From the IMG/VR virus record IMGVR_UViG_3300021400_005359: DNA of 20,000 nt; one strand, written 5' to 3'. The notes under the pieces are model-generated. The model did not search any database, was not told the DNA's origin, and worked only from the letters and a program-made list of their open reading frames with translations. Below, piece after piece: positions 7,711 to 16,538 of this stretch; position 1 is the first letter of the stretch; the number at the start of each line of letters is the position of its first letter. Position numbers and translations under genes: made by a program. The DNA is from an uncultured virus (IMG/VR IMGVR_UViG_3300021400_005359). Its lineage: Duplodnaviria; Heunggongvirae; Uroviricota; Caudoviricetes.

Positions 7711-7738
7711 AAAAGGAGGGTTTTAAAACCCTCCTTTT
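7711..7738. terminator. Bidirectional terminator (perfect 28-bp palindrome)
   Basis: AAAAGGAGGGTTTTAAAACCCTCCTTTT. Confidence 0.9.
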
Positions 7739-7741
7739 ATT

Positions 7742-9202
7742 TTACATATAAGTCATAGATACGAAACAAACTTTTCCAGTTTCATCATCTACTTGATAAA
7801 CAATATATTTAGATTCTTCATATTGATATGTATATATGGTTGATAATTCTCCTTCATAAAGAAAAGATTCATCATCAAAATCAAATCTTAAATCCCTTAA
7901 ATCAGAATCAAATGTAATATCATCAGAAACAACAAGTTCATTATTAAAATCTAAAGCATCAAACTCAGCTCTAATAATATAACAATCACTAAAATTCATA
8001 TCTTCTGTAGAATCATTCATTGCTGTTATATAAAATACATCTTCTCCATATTTTACTTCAACAGGAACACTATATTTATTAGGCTTAAGAATGTCTTCTT
8101 CTGGAAGAACAACCTCATATCCAGCATCTATAAGGTCATTAACTCTACAAGGAAATGTTATAGTATTCTCATCATTAGTTCTAAAAGAAAAATACTTTTC
8201 ATCAAAATCCTTAAATTCAAATTCAGGAATTTCAATTACTTCTTCATCTTCTACAAAAGAATCCTCTTCAACTATTTCATCGCTAGAAAAATCAGAAGAA
8301 AAGCTATAATCTTCATCTTTTTTCTCAACAGCATTTTTTACAATATCATCTGGAATAGATACTGTTTCTTCCATATTATAATTTCCTATAGAAACATTGA
8401 AGTCATCTATATTTACTGTAAAATCAGCATCTTCAGTTGAAAGCATTTGCATACTTTCTGTTTCTCCAAGGACTTTAGAAAGCTTAGAACAAAAATCCAC
8501 AAGAGAATTCGTTTCAATATTTATCATTGCAGGAAGAAGAGTATCTTTATAAACTAAATAATCAAAATCAAGATAAATATCTTTAAGCTCTTCTTTTTGA
8601 GCATCTGTAAGCTCAGGAATACTTAAACTAGAACTTTCAGCAGCTTCCTTAAATTCCTCTTTGTCAAAACTTGAAAGCATAGTAGTTAAAGTATCATAAT
8701 TCATTCTTAAAGGAACTACATAAAAATCACCTTTATCAGAAGAATATTCTGTATATTCTTGTCCAACTAAAACACCGTTAGACAAGAAAACATTCATAAC
8801 ATAAGATGGATTGCTTTGAGAAGAAAGCTCTTCTTTAACAATTTCTCCAGTTTCAGAATCAACTGTATATTTAATTTTATTATTAAAATCTTCATACACT
8901 AAGTTTTCACTATCATCTCCAAAAAATAATAAAAACATAGAAGTTTTATCTTTCTTCAAAACATTTTTAGATATATTGTCTACTTTATAAGATGGACTTG
9001 TTTTTATTGTAATAAAAGAATTTCCACCACTGGAAACATTAAATCCAAGATTCATATTTAAAGTATAATTAGATGCTTGATTAAAATTAGCCAAAGAAGA
9101 TTCGTAAACTTCAGATGTTGTTAGCTGTTTTTTACCACATCCAGAAAGAAGTAAAATAGCAAAACTTGAAATAATAAAACTTTTTAATATCTTTTTGAAC
9201 AT
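7742..9202 (-). CDS. Lipoprotein (two domains joined by an acidic linker; N-domain possibly DUF6612/LppX-like)
   Basis: MFKKILKSFIISSFAILLLSG|C lipobox; N-domain ends NYNMEETVSIPDDIVKNAVE; E/D-rich linker; C-domain starts ITFPCRVNDLIDAGY. Confidence 0.8.
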   Translation of the reverse strand: MFKKILKSFIISSFAILLLSGCGKKQLTTSEVYESSLANFNQASNYTLNMNLGFNVSSGGNSFITIKTSPSYKVDNISKNVLKKDKTSMFLLFFGDDSENLVYEDFNNKIKYTVDSETGEIVKEELSSQSNPSYVMNVFLSNGVLVGQEYTEYSSDKGDFYVVPLRMNYDTLTTMLSSFDKEEFKEAAESSSLSIPELTDAQKEELKDIYLDFDYLVYKDTLLPAMINIETNSLVDFCSKLSKVLGETESMQMLSTEDADFTVNIDDFNVSIGNYNMEETVSIPDDIVKNAVEKKDEDYSFSSDFSSDEIVEEDSFVEDEEVIEIPEFEFKDFDEKYFSFRTNDENTITFPCRVNDLIDAGYEVVLPEEDILKPNKYSVPVEVKYGEDVFYITAMNDSTEDMNFSDCYIIRAEFDALDFNNELVVSDDITFDSDLRDLRFDFDDESFLYEGELSTIYTYQYEESKYIVYQVDDETGKVCFVSMTYM

Positions 9203-9400
9203 ACTTATTCCTTTCTTTTTACAAATTATTTTATATAATATATAACAAGAAGAAAATTTATTTTTCTTTTTGTATTAAATAAAAGCTCTTTTGCTTTTTC
9301 GATTTTTAAAAGTATTTTTGCTCTTAGAAATCCTAAGTAGGAAGAATAAATACTTACATTTTAGGAAGGAGAAAAAATCTTTAAGATTTTAAATTAATTT

Positions 9401-11491
9401 ATGAAAAGTTTCAGAAAAGAAATTATCGAAGCTTTAGAAAAAGAAGCTTTAACAAGACTTGAAATTAGAAACAAGTTAAACATTGATATGGAGGATAAAA
9501 AACTTTCTAACATATTTGAAAGAGATATAAAAGCTCTTCAAAAATATGAAATAATTGATAAGAATAAAGCTTATAAGTTTTACTTAAAAGTAGATAATTA
9601 TTTTATAAGTAAAATCCATATGAGTTTTAATGGTAATGGATATGTAAAAGACTCTTTAACAGAAGAGCAAATGTTTATTTCAAAAAATAATTATATAAAT
9701 GCCTTAAACGAAGACTTGTGTTTATGTACAAAAATAAAAGATAAAGAAATTGGTCTAAAGGCAGAAGCAAAAGTTCTAGTAGTTCTCGAAAGAAAACTTG
9801 AAAAGATTGTTGGAACTTTTATGGAATACGATGAAGAATATGGATTCGTAATTCCTGATGAAGAAAAAATAGACAAAGATTTCTATATCCCAAAGAAATC
9901 TAATAAAGGTGCCAAGTCTTATGATAAGGTACTTATAAATATTACAAAATACCCTGGAATAACCAAAGACAATAAAGTTATAAATCCAGAAGGAGAAGTT
10001 GTTGAAATTTTAGGAGTAGTTGGTGAAAAAGGAGTAGACAGCATCTCTGTAATTAAAGAAAAAGAAATAAGAGAAGAGTTTCCTTCAGAAGTAAAAAGAG
10101 AAGCATCTGAGTACAACCTTAATATAGATGAAGAAACCCTAAAAGATAGAGTCGATTTAACAAATGAAACAATCTTCACAATTGATGGAGAAGATGCAAA
10201 AGATTTAGACGATGCAATATCAATAAAAAAGACTGAAAATGGATTTGAACTTGGTGTACACATTGCAGATGTATCACACTTCGTTCAAGAAAATTCAGAA
10301 ATAGATAAAGAAGCTTATCTTAGAGGGACAAGTATATATTTAACAGATAGAGTAATTCCTATGCTTCCAAGAATTTTGTCTAATAATTTATGCTCTTTAA
10401 ATGAGAAAGAAATAAAACTTACCCTTTCAGTTGTTATGAATGTTTCAAAAGATGGTAAAGTAGTTGATAGTAAAGTTTTCGAAAGTTATATTAAATCAAA
10501 TGAAAGACTTACTTATACAGAAGTTTTCAAATATTTGAATAATGAAGAAAATAAAATAAAAGACGAAAAAGTAAAAGAAGATTTGCTTATAGCAAAAGAG
10601 CTTTGTGAAATTTTAAAGCAAAACAGAATAAAAAGAGGAAGTATTGAATTTGACTTTGCTGAACCAAAAATCACTTTGGATGAAAATGGTGAGGTTATCG
10701 ATATCGAACCTTATAAACACACAATTGCAAATGATATAATTGAAGAATTTATGTTACTGGCAAACGAAGAAATTGCTAAAAAATTTAAAGAAATTCCATT
10801 TATTTATAGAATTCACGATAAACCAAGAGAAGAAAAATTTGAAAATTTCAAAAAGATAGCAAGACTTTATGGATTAAATCCTATGGATGAAATTTCTTCG
10901 AAGTCAATTTCAAAGTTTATAGATGAAAACAAAGATGACCCATCTATTGAAGTTTTAAAAACACTTCTTCTTCAATCAATGCAACAAGCAAGATATTCAA
11001 GAAATCCTTTTGGTCACTTTGGTCTTTCTTTAGAAAACTATTGTCATTTTACATCTCCTATAAGAAGATATCCAGACCTTTGGATTCATAGAATGATAAA
11101 ACTTTACTTAAAAGGACTTTTTGATTCAGAAGGAATGAAAGAAAAATATTCTATCCTTTCAGAAAAAGTAGCAGAGCATTCAAGTAGAGCTGAAAGAATT
11201 GCACAAGATGCTGAAAGAGAACTTGACAAAATTAAAATAGCTGAATATATGAGCAAAAATGCTGGAAAAGAATTCTCTGGTTCAATTAAAAGCTTTAACA
11301 AATACGGTATATATGTATTCTTAGACAATACAGTTGAAGGCTATTTTAAACCAAAGAATTTCTCCTTTGATGAAGAAACATTTAAAGCAAAAATTGGAGA
11401 TAAAGAAATTTTTATAGGAGACAGACTTGTATGTACTCCTGTTTCAATAGGAAAGAATAAAGAAGTTGTTTTTGAACTTGTAGAAATGTAA
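9401..11491 (+). CDS. rnr: Ribonuclease R (RNB family 3'-5' exoribonuclease)
   Basis: N-terminal HTH-like region, cold-shock domains, RNB motifs FTIDGEDAKDLDDAIS, LGVHIADVSHFV, RGTSIYL, PMLP, IEEFMLLANE, HFGL, HFTSPIRRYPDL, and a C-terminal S1-like region. Confidence 0.95.
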   Translation: MKSFRKEIIEALEKEALTRLEIRNKLNIDMEDKKLSNIFERDIKALQKYEIIDKNKAYKFYLKVDNYFISKIHMSFNGNGYVKDSLTEEQMFISKNNYINALNEDLCLCTKIKDKEIGLKAEAKVLVVLERKLEKIVGTFMEYDEEYGFVIPDEEKIDKDFYIPKKSNKGAKSYDKVLINITKYPGITKDNKVINPEGEVVEILGVVGEKGVDSISVIKEKEIREEFPSEVKREASEYNLNIDEETLKDRVDLTNETIFTIDGEDAKDLDDAISIKKTENGFELGVHIADVSHFVQENSEIDKEAYLRGTSIYLTDRVIPMLPRILSNNLCSLNEKEIKLTLSVVMNVSKDGKVVDSKVFESYIKSNERLTYTEVFKYLNNEENKIKDEKVKEDLLIAKELCEILKQNRIKRGSIEFDFAEPKITLDENGEVIDIEPYKHTIANDIIEEFMLLANEEIAKKFKEIPFIYRIHDKPREEKFENFKKIARLYGLNPMDEISSKSISKFIDENKDDPSIEVLKTLLLQSMQQARYSRNPFGHFGLSLENYCHFTSPIRRYPDLWIHRMIKLYLKGLFDSEGMKEKYSILSEKVAEHSSRAERIAQDAERELDKIKIAEYMSKNAGKEFSGSIKSFNKYGIYVFLDNTVEGYFKPKNFSFDEETFKAKIGDKEIFIGDRLVCTPVSIGKNKEVVFELVEM

Positions 11492-11497
11492 AGATAT

Positions 11498-11533
11498 AAG
11501 GAAGAGAGATTTTTTTCTCTCTTCCTTGTTTTT
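11498..11533 (+). terminator. Intrinsic terminator after rnr
   Basis: AAGGAAGAGAGA-TTTTTT-TCTCTCTTCCTT then GTTTTT. Confidence 0.8.
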
Positions 11534-11587
11534 ATGTTAAAAATATGTTAACCTATTAATATAAATTAATTTCTAAGAGGTGCCTTT

Positions 11588-12529
11588 ATGGGAATGTATG
11601 ACACTATTGAAAGTGAACAAGTAAAATGTTTTTATATACCATATTTTTGTGCAGACGAAATAATGGGAACTGGAATTTATCATAGTGGTGGACAATTAAA
11701 CTATTATGGAATTGGAAGTAAGATTCCTTATAAGACAAAATGGTATGATTATTCAAAAGATTTTGGAATTTATTCTTATTGGTATTATTCAAGACCTTCT
11801 GAGGACGATAAAGAAACTTTAGATTATAGTCCAACCTTCATTGTCATAAGAGATGGAAAAGTAGAAAAAGTAATAGAAGGTATTGAAAATATAAAGGAAA
11901 AAGATGTAAAAGGATTAAATCATATAATAAATTCTCACGGAAGTTTTTTAACTGTAAAAACAGTCCAAGATTTCTTTAATTTAAGAGAAGATTATTATAC
12001 ATATTACGATATATATAATCAGTTGACAGAAGAAACAAATAGAATAATGAATGAAATGATGCATTATGTTCATATGTCAAATGGAGCAAAACCAATAGAA
12101 GAAGGCTTAACAAAAGAAATTATAGAAAAGAAAATAAAAGAATGTCATAAACTTTATGATAAGAAAGATAAAGAAATTGAAAAAGACAGAAAACGTCTAT
12201 ATGAAACTTATCTGAAACCTTGGTTTTCAGAAAAAGAAGAAATTGACCCTATTGTAAGTGACTTTGGAGCACTTCTTGAATGTCTTGAAAAGAATAGAAA
12301 TTATGTAATAACGCATACAACAACTGTTCCTCTTGAAGGTTTTGAGCAAAAAAGGTATCAAGAAAGAAAAGAAGGTTTCTATTCTATGTGCGGAAAAATA
12401 AAAGAAATAAAAGAAAAAGAACCACAGGTAATAGAAACTTATAAAATTTGGCAAAACTTAAACAAAAAAGAAATCAAAGACCTAGATGATTTAATAGATA
12501 GAATACAAAAAGGAAAAGAGAGCATTTAA
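11588..12529 (+). CDS. Hypothetical protein (313 aa)
   Basis: GAGGTG SD; Tyr/Gly-rich N-half (MGMYDTI...) and helical C-half; no family recognised. Confidence 0.85.
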   Translation: MGMYDTIESEQVKCFYIPYFCADEIMGTGIYHSGGQLNYYGIGSKIPYKTKWYDYSKDFGIYSYWYYSRPSEDDKETLDYSPTFIVIRDGKVEKVIEGIENIKEKDVKGLNHIINSHGSFLTVKTVQDFFNLREDYYTYYDIYNQLTEETNRIMNEMMHYVHMSNGAKPIEEGLTKEIIEKKIKECHKLYDKKDKEIEKDRKRLYETYLKPWFSEKEEIDPIVSDFGALLECLEKNRNYVITHTTTVPLEGFEQKRYQERKEGFYSMCGKIKEIKEKEPQVIETYKIWQNLNKKEIKDLDDLIDRIQKGKESI

Positions 12530-12542
12530 GCTCTCTTTTTTT
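12514..12542. terminator. Bidirectional terminator overlapping the upstream stop codon
   Basis: AAAAGAGAGC-ATTTAA-GCTCTCTTTT. Confidence 0.85.
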
Positions 12543-13326
12543 ATTCTCCAAACAAATCTCTAAAAGAAAAATCTTTTATGTTATATTGTTTTCTAAGTTT
12601 ATTAATGTAAGAATTTGCATCAAAGTAAACAGAATAGTTTCTCAAATCTTTTTTTAGATTTAAAGTAACTTTTCCATTCGTTGAAAAACCATAATTTTTC
12701 AAAGTGTCTTTATCTATTACAATATTTTTCAAATTTAAAATCGTAAATTTATAATAATAGCTATTTTCTTCTATAACTTTCAATTTTAAACCTTTTTTCT
12801 TTTTTGAAAAAATCCAAGAATCATTTTTATATTCAAAATAAATTACATCCCCAACATCTAAATCTTTTAAAAGACTAGTTTTATTTATCTTTGTAATCTC
12901 AGGAATAAAAACAACTTTTCCATCTCCATAATCTTTTAATGTTCCAGAAATTGGATATAAAGAACTATACATATATCTAATTGCATTTGATAGAAAAAAG
13001 AAAATAACTAAAAGAACTATGAAAAGCTCAAAACCTTTAAAGAAAGCTTGATGTTTTTTCTTCGTTTTCTTTTCATATTGTCCAAATAATGAATTTTTTT
13101 GCCTTTTTTCTTTTAAAGAAAGCTTCTTAGGAGTATTTTCTTCTTTCTCTAAATTATCTTCAGCCTCTTTTATAGAAGAATCAGAAAGATTTTCAATATC
13201 TTTTAACAATTCTTCGTTTGTTTTTTCTTCTTCTACAAAAACATCTTTTTTAGATTCTTTTTCTTTTTGTTTAAGCTCTTTATTCTTTTTTAAATTTTTA
13301 AACTCAGAAATAAGCGTTAAAAGCAT
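12541..13326 (-). CDS. Hypothetical single-pass membrane protein
   Basis: GAAAGGAG SD favours ATG 13326 (MLLTL...) over 13344; K/E-rich N-region, central TM helix (LFIVLLVIFFFLSNAI), basic C-domain. Confidence 0.8.
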   Translation of the reverse strand: MLLTLISEFKNLKKNKELKQKEKESKKDVFVEEEKTNEELLKDIENLSDSSIKEAEDNLEKEENTPKKLSLKEKRQKNSLFGQYEKKTKKKHQAFFKGFELFIVLLVIFFFLSNAIRYMYSSLYPISGTLKDYGDGKVVFIPEITKINKTSLLKDLDVGDVIYFEYKNDSWIFSKKKKGLKLKVIEENSYYYKFTILNLKNIVIDKDTLKNYGFSTNGKVTLNLKKDLRNYSVYFDANSYINKLRKQYNIKDFSFRDLFGE

Positions 13327-13394
13327 AAAAATCTCTCCTTTCATATATAGTATATATGTTTTTTTTATAAAAAAAATTTAATATAGTTTTATAC

Positions 13395-13423
13395 TTGATT
13401 TTTAAAAAATTTATATATATAAT
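13395..13423 (+). promoter_or_regulatory. sigmaA-type promoter of the parM-parR operon (AT-rich region 13345-13463 is the candidate centromere/operator)
   Basis: TTGATT (13395-13400), 17-nt spacer, TATAAT (13418-13423). Confidence 0.7.
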
Positions 13424-13463
13424 AGATATATAAAAGATATAAGAAAGAAAGGATGTATAAAAA

Positions 13464-14402
13464 ATGGCTAGAATAATTGGTGTTGATAGCGGAAAGTATG
13501 CAACAAAAGTTTTACTTTATTCTCCTACAGGAGCACATAAGAAATTTTCATTTAGAACAAAGATGGACGATACTCAGGAAGATAAATCTCAGGGGTCTAA
13601 AAGCTGTGTTCTTGAATATGGAGATAGAAAGGTTCTAATTGGAGACGAAGCTGAGACAGCAGATTATGATAAGAGTAAGGCTAAAGATATTCATAAGCTT
13701 GCTACTTACGCAGCTATTGCTCAATCAGTTGAGAACGGAGACCACGTAATTCTTGCTTGTGGTTGTCCTCTTGTTATTTTTAATAACGTAGAAGAAAGAA
13801 AATCTTATAAGGACTTTATGTGGGATAAAGGCGATATTAATGTAAAGATTAACGGAAAAGAAAAGAACTTTATCATCGATAATGTAGTTGTTTGTCCTGA
13901 AGGTTCTGGAATTATCTATAAGAATCCTAATAGATTTAAGAAGGTTTTAGTAGCTATCGTAGATATCGGTGGACTTAATACAAACTGCTGCATTTACGAC
14001 TGCTTAAGCCCTGTTAGGTCAACATCTTTCACAACTAATCTCGGTGCAAATGTTATGAGAAACGAGTTGAAGCAGAAACTTAATAGTGTATTTAAGGATG
14101 CTAATATTAATGATTGGCAGATGGAAGATATTATTAGAAAGGGATACATTAAGTCTAATAAGGAAGAGTCTGCAATTATCATTGATGAATTTTTACAGAA
14201 GCACGTTGCTGCAATTATGCAGGAATGCACAAAGAAGGGATGGGATATCAAGAATATTGATTTCATCTTTACTGGTGGCGGAGCTCTTCAGTTTGAAAGA
14301 GAAATAAAGAGAATTATTCCTGATGCTGTAATTGGAGAGGACGCAGATTGGGAAAATGTAGAAGGATTTGCAGAAGTAGGTGCTGCATATGTCAACAGAT
14401 AA
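13464..14402 (+). CDS. parM: ParM/StbA-family actin-like ATPase (type II partition motor)
   Basis: Actin-fold motifs: phosphate-1 IIGVDSGKYATKV, connect-1 VCPEGSG, phosphate-2 IVDIGGLNTN, adenosine IFTGGGAL, connect-2 WENVEGF; 312 aa; coupled to a small downstream gene. Confidence 0.9.
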   Translation: MARIIGVDSGKYATKVLLYSPTGAHKKFSFRTKMDDTQEDKSQGSKSCVLEYGDRKVLIGDEAETADYDKSKAKDIHKLATYAAIAQSVENGDHVILACGCPLVIFNNVEERKSYKDFMWDKGDINVKINGKEKNFIIDNVVVCPEGSGIIYKNPNRFKKVLVAIVDIGGLNTNCCIYDCLSPVRSTSFTTNLGANVMRNELKQKLNSVFKDANINDWQMEDIIRKGYIKSNKEESAIIIDEFLQKHVAAIMQECTKKGWDIKNIDFIFTGGGALQFEREIKRIIPDAVIGEDADWENVEGFAEVGAAYVNR

Positions 14403-14928
14403 GGAATATCTAGACAGAGCACTGGACTTTTCAGATGATTTCGAAGAAGAAAAGCCAGAAAAGACAGAAGAACCTAAAACAATAGAAAAGAAAGATAAGA
14501 AAGAACTTAAAAAGTACGAAGGAAGAAAGAACGTTACTTCTGTTCAAAAAAAGAAGAAACAAACTTCTACTAGAGTTCAAAAGAAGCTAGTTTCCATTTC
14601 TGAAAAGAATAAACAAGTCTTAGATATTCTTGAAAACTTAGACAAGAAATATACTTCAGAGTCTGAATACATATGTCAGGCAATTATAGAAAAATTTGAG
14701 AGAGACTCTTCAAAAGACGAAAAGAGCTTAAAAGATTCTATTAAAGAAGTTCTTGAAGAAATGGTAGGTGAAAAATTTATTGTTATGAAGAGTTCTTCTG
14801 ATGTTGTAATTCCTACTACCTCTCCTGCAACTAATATACAACCAAAAGAAGAAATTCCTACAAACAATAATAATAGTGATAGTGCTGACCTCATTAGAGG
14901 AGCTCTTGATATGTGGGATGAAGAATAA
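14389..14928 (+). CDS. ParR-like adaptor / putative ribbon-helix-helix DNA-binding protein
   Basis: ATG 14389 with AGGTG SD, overlapping the parM end by 14 nt; RHH-like segment KKLVSISEKNKQVLDILENL...SESEYICQAIIEKFE; disordered linker and short amphipathic C-tail DLIRGALDMWDEE. Confidence 0.7.
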   Translation: MSTDKEYLDRALDFSDDFEEEKPEKTEEPKTIEKKDKKELKKYEGRKNVTSVQKKKKQTSTRVQKKLVSISEKNKQVLDILENLDKKYTSESEYICQAIIEKFERDSSKDEKSLKDSIKEVLEEMVGEKFIVMKSSSDVVIPTTSPATNIQPKEEIPTNNNNSDSADLIRGALDMWDEE

Positions 14929-14958
14929 AAAAGGAAGCGTATTTAACGCTTCCTTTTT
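14928..14958. terminator. Bidirectional terminator
   Basis: AAAAAGGAAGCGT-ATTTA-ACGCTTCCTTTTT. Confidence 0.9.
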
Positions 14959-14960
14959 GT

Positions 14961-16331
14961 TTATTCAGCTAACTCAAAAGATGTACCAAGAAGTCTGGTC
15001 TTAACCCTATTTTTAATATGACCTCTAGGCATAGTCTCTAAAGTCTTTAAATCTTCAACAACATCATCAACGTATCTTGAAAGGTTAACATCTCTTTCGA
15101 CTGTAAAACTTACAAGCTGACGATTTGTCCCAATTAACTTAGGAAGTTCAGTAATGCACTCAGCATTATCAATGAACATCGGATAACTAATTCCTATATA
15201 TTCCATAAGATAATCAGAAAGTTGAATTCCAGCTTTAACCTGTTCAGCAAATGAACACTCTTTCAAAGGAACTCCTTTGTAAAGAATCTGAAAATCAGTA
15301 TTACCTAAAGCATCTTTGAAAGAAAATGTAATATCAGGAACCTTCTTTTCAATTCCAATCTCTGAAAGGATTGTTTCGTAGAACTCTTCTACATAATCAA
15401 GGTTCTTTTCAATATCTTTATTTTCTTCTGTAAGCTTCTCAATATCAGCCTCATTTTCAGCAATCTTAGTTAAAGCATTATTGTACATACCAAATCTTTC
15501 AATAGCCTGAGCTCTCTGAGCTTTCTGTTCCATAAAAAGCTTAACAAGATTTTTGTTTGCTTCGCTTGGATTATTAGAGTATTCGTCCATAACAGTTTCA
15601 AAAGCAGCAGATTCAGTATAAATAATACCCTTGATATTGTACTCATCAGCTGGCATCTCATAAGCATCAACCATTTTAAGCTTCTTAATTTCAGCTTTAA
15701 GTTCTTTAATCATATCTTTATTCTGCTTAATGTTATCTTCAAAATGCTCTCTAACAGTTTCAATATCCTGTTCCTCAAGCTCGTCAATCAAAGCATTAAA
15801 AGCTTCTTCAGACATACTAGAAAGAATATCTTCAGTACTAATACCTTTCATTGAAATGAATTTGATAAGCAAAGCCTTGGCTGCAGAAATGGATAAAGAA
15901 GAAAGATATTTAGGATTAATAAGAGACAAAAATACATCCTTATCCCAAAGTTTCTTCCATTCAGTAGACTTTATTTCTCTGTGGTCAACAAAAAGTGTTG
16001 AAGTCTGTTTACCTGTAGCTGTTACATTAAAAATTCTCTTAAATACAGTATTAATATTGTCTACTCTAGCCTCAATCTCTACAAATGTTTCAGTTGAAAT
16101 TTCACCAGCCTTAGAAAAAGCAACTTTACTGTTGGCATTTCCAAAAGCATCTGTATAACAAAATACAAAAGCAACTGCATCTAATATAGTAGATTTTCCA
16201 GCTCCATTCTGACCAATAATTTCGCTTGTATCATCAAAATCAATGAAAAGCTCACCTTCAATTCCCATAAAGTTATGAAGTTTCATAGATTTGATTTTGA
16301 TTATATCAGCATCTAAATAACTAGTCATCAT
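14961..16331 (-). CDS. Rad50/SbcC/SMC-like ABC-type ATPase with a short coiled coil
   Basis: IKIKSMKLHNFMGI start, Walker A GQNGAGKST, central coiled coil, degenerate signature CSFAEQVKAG, Walker B/D-loop PMFIDNAE; AGGAGG SD. Confidence 0.85.
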   Translation of the reverse strand: MMTSYLDADIIKIKSMKLHNFMGIEGELFIDFDDTSEIIGQNGAGKSTILDAVAFVFCYTDAFGNANSKVAFSKAGEISTETFVEIEARVDNINTVFKRIFNVTATGKQTSTLFVDHREIKSTEWKKLWDKDVFLSLINPKYLSSLSISAAKALLIKFISMKGISTEDILSSMSEEAFNALIDELEEQDIETVREHFEDNIKQNKDMIKELKAEIKKLKMVDAYEMPADEYNIKGIIYTESAAFETVMDEYSNNPSEANKNLVKLFMEQKAQRAQAIERFGMYNNALTKIAENEADIEKLTEENKDIEKNLDYVEEFYETILSEIGIEKKVPDITFSFKDALGNTDFQILYKGVPLKECSFAEQVKAGIQLSDYLMEYIGISYPMFIDNAECITELPKLIGTNRQLVSFTVERDVNLSRYVDDVVEDLKTLETMPRGHIKNRVKTRLLGTSFELAE

Positions 16332-16477
16332 TTTCCTCCTAAGATATATAGAATATAAATCTATATTATTATATTATTCTTTAAGAAAATAAATAAACAA
16401 AATAAAAATAAAAATTAGAATAATTACAAGTTTTTTTAAATATAAGATATATTATTCTAGCAATAGCTATAAAAATA

Positions 16478-16506
16478 TTGATTAGAAAATAAAAAAATGA
16501 TATATT
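16478..16506 (+). promoter_or_regulatory. sigmaA-type promoter for the zinc-finger/lepB operon
   Basis: TTGATT (16478-16483), 17-nt spacer, extended -10 TGA-TATATT (16498-16506). Confidence 0.55.
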
Positions 16507-16538
16507 ATAAAAGGAAATAAAGGAAGAGGAATGTTAGT

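Noticed and set aside
13345..13463. Defined parC iteron array or replication origin
   Set aside because: Only low-complexity TA-rich sequence and two short AGATATA copies; no regular repeat array or DnaA-box cluster that I can support
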